Shown here: positions 62,705 to 64,000 of the stretch, one piece after another
Numbering within the stretch: position 1 is the first letter of the stretch
How the letters are laid out: every line of letters starts with the position of its first letter
NCBI GenBank assembly: GCA_003427395.1
Contig: BFEA01000009.1
Span: 4,039,660 to 4,103,659 of the forward strand
Origin: Chara braunii
Taxonomy: Eukaryota; Plantae; Charophyceae
Length of the DNA: 64,000 nucleotides
Direction: 5' to 3'
The notes under the pieces: generated by a model
The model's database searches: none
What the model saw: the letters and a program-made list of their open reading frames with translations, nothing else
What the model was told of the DNA's origin: nothing
Program-made: the position numbers and the translations under genes

Positions 62705-63666
62705 TTAACTGTCCCCACCTCGGCAGATAGGACAGCTACGGTGAGGATGATGTGGATGTTCACAAGGATACCCAAGGAGAGCTGTGCCAGCACAGCATTC
62801 AGCAGGACGGCTAGCACGAACCATCCCATCAAAACAGTCCTGACAGAGGACATGTTGTCCACATGTCGAAAAAACAGCAGGACGTTCATCACAGTGCGGA
62901 ATCATGCAGTTCTGATAGCGTCCTTGGGCACATAAAGGACAACGTATATCTGGGTGACAGGGATGTGTACAAGTGAGAAAATGTTGGACACCCTTCAGTA
63001 CAGACGGCGGCAGTCGCAATAGATTGGTAATGGCTATGCCATAGATGATGCATTCCACAGCCAAGGCGCACCGCGTCTCTGTCCCAACAGGTGTCACACG
63101 AGAGTCGGTCAATAATCCAGAATAAAGTACGATTCGACAATGCACCCAAAATTTCATTTACGTCAAAAATAGCCTGACTCGTCGTCCCACCATCCCACAG
63201 TTCCCACTGGGCAGCTGCACAAATGAGTGCCATATAACGCCCGGGTCTGTGTAAAGTGCAGGCAGAAATATGAGGATGGTTATTGAGGTCATCGCCTGGC
63301 GTCGCATGATGCATAAGAAGGTGGCGGCCGTGAAACGCTAACTGTAAGACGTTTACAGTAAAGCCTCCTGAGGTAGTATAGTTACTCCCTACCTTCAGGA
63401 GGTGGACTATTATGAGCATACAACAACTGATTTCCAACAGCGTCAAGCTGATAAGCAATCGTAACAAATTGGGATGCAGTATAATATTGACGCTGATAAG
63501 CCTGTAGGCAGACATTTGTGGCTGTCAAACCACAAATGATAGGTCTGCCCGCAGATCCGAATTGGTCACCACTGGAAAGCCAGATCTGATCTGCCGGGGT
63601 CGGCGCGTAAATGACGAACGCCGTCAATGTGGTAGAGCAGGCTGCCAGTAAGACAAAGAACCCCAC
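62705..63666 (-). pseudogene. Cys/His-rich protein with two tandem RING-HC-like fingers, disrupted
   Basis: CMIPHC-DERPAVFST-CGQHVLCQDC...CPICR and, across a frameshift, CDTC-WDRDAVRLG-CGMHHL...CPLC; upstream extent uncertain. Confidence 0.65.
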
Positions 63667-63788
63667 AGTTTACCATCAATACGACGCCGGGAAGGAGGGG
63701 GACTGGGAGGAGGGGAGAATGAACGAGCCTGCCGGCGTCCCAATATGGACAACGAAGATAAGGGAGGGTCAGGTCTCAGCCGGCGTGG

Positions 63789-64000
63789 GGAAGAAGAAGA
63801 AGAAGAAGAAGAAGAAGAAGAAGAAGAAGAAGAAGGAGGAGGAGAGGAGGAGGAAGAAGAAGAAGAAGAGGAAGGAGGAGGAGGAGATGACAAAGAAGAA
63901 GAGGATGCAGGCAATGAGGGAGGAGAAGGAGAGGGAGGGGGAGGGGGAGAGGAAGGCAGAAGGGAAGCGGAAGGGGAAGGACGGGGAGAAGGGAGAGGTG
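63789..64000 (+). repeat. (GAA)n/(GGA)n microsatellite and purine tract
   Basis: About 15 consecutive GAA units, then mixed GGA/GAA. Confidence 0.95.

Overview
Gene-free, repeat-saturated eukaryotic (plant/streptophyte-algal) nuclear DNA built from nested, decayed retroelements; the repeat style recalls Chara-like genomes (impression only, not checked). Main units: (A) 1-~12100, minus-strand Ty3/gypsy element with gag-PR-RT-RH, integrase running off the window, and four tandem paralogous extra ORFs upstream of gag. (B) 13669-28090, a gag-only LTR element with a ~1.5-kb direct repeat, containing an Ogre-like LTR segment that carries a plastid rpoC2 fragment. (C) 28091-36583, a decayed chromovirus with a tRNA-iMet PBS and chromodomain. 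(D) 36966-58901, a complete ~22-kb Ty3/gypsy element with 3.4-kb LTRs (TGTCGG...CCGACA), 4-bp TSD CCGG, tRNA-Asp-type PBS, and a ~5-kb tightly packed run of about ten extra ORFs between the 5' LTR and gag; a hAT-like insert interrupts its 3' LTR. (E) 61860-64000, a minus-strand element with hammerhead-ribozyme-like repeats in (AT)n and a tandem RING-like ORF. Best candidate for an undescribed system: elements A and D each carry tandem arrays of the same ~200-270-aa accessory protein family (4 and 5 copies), with abutting or overlapping start/stop codons, which I cannot assign to any known family. All alignments and structures were done by eye.
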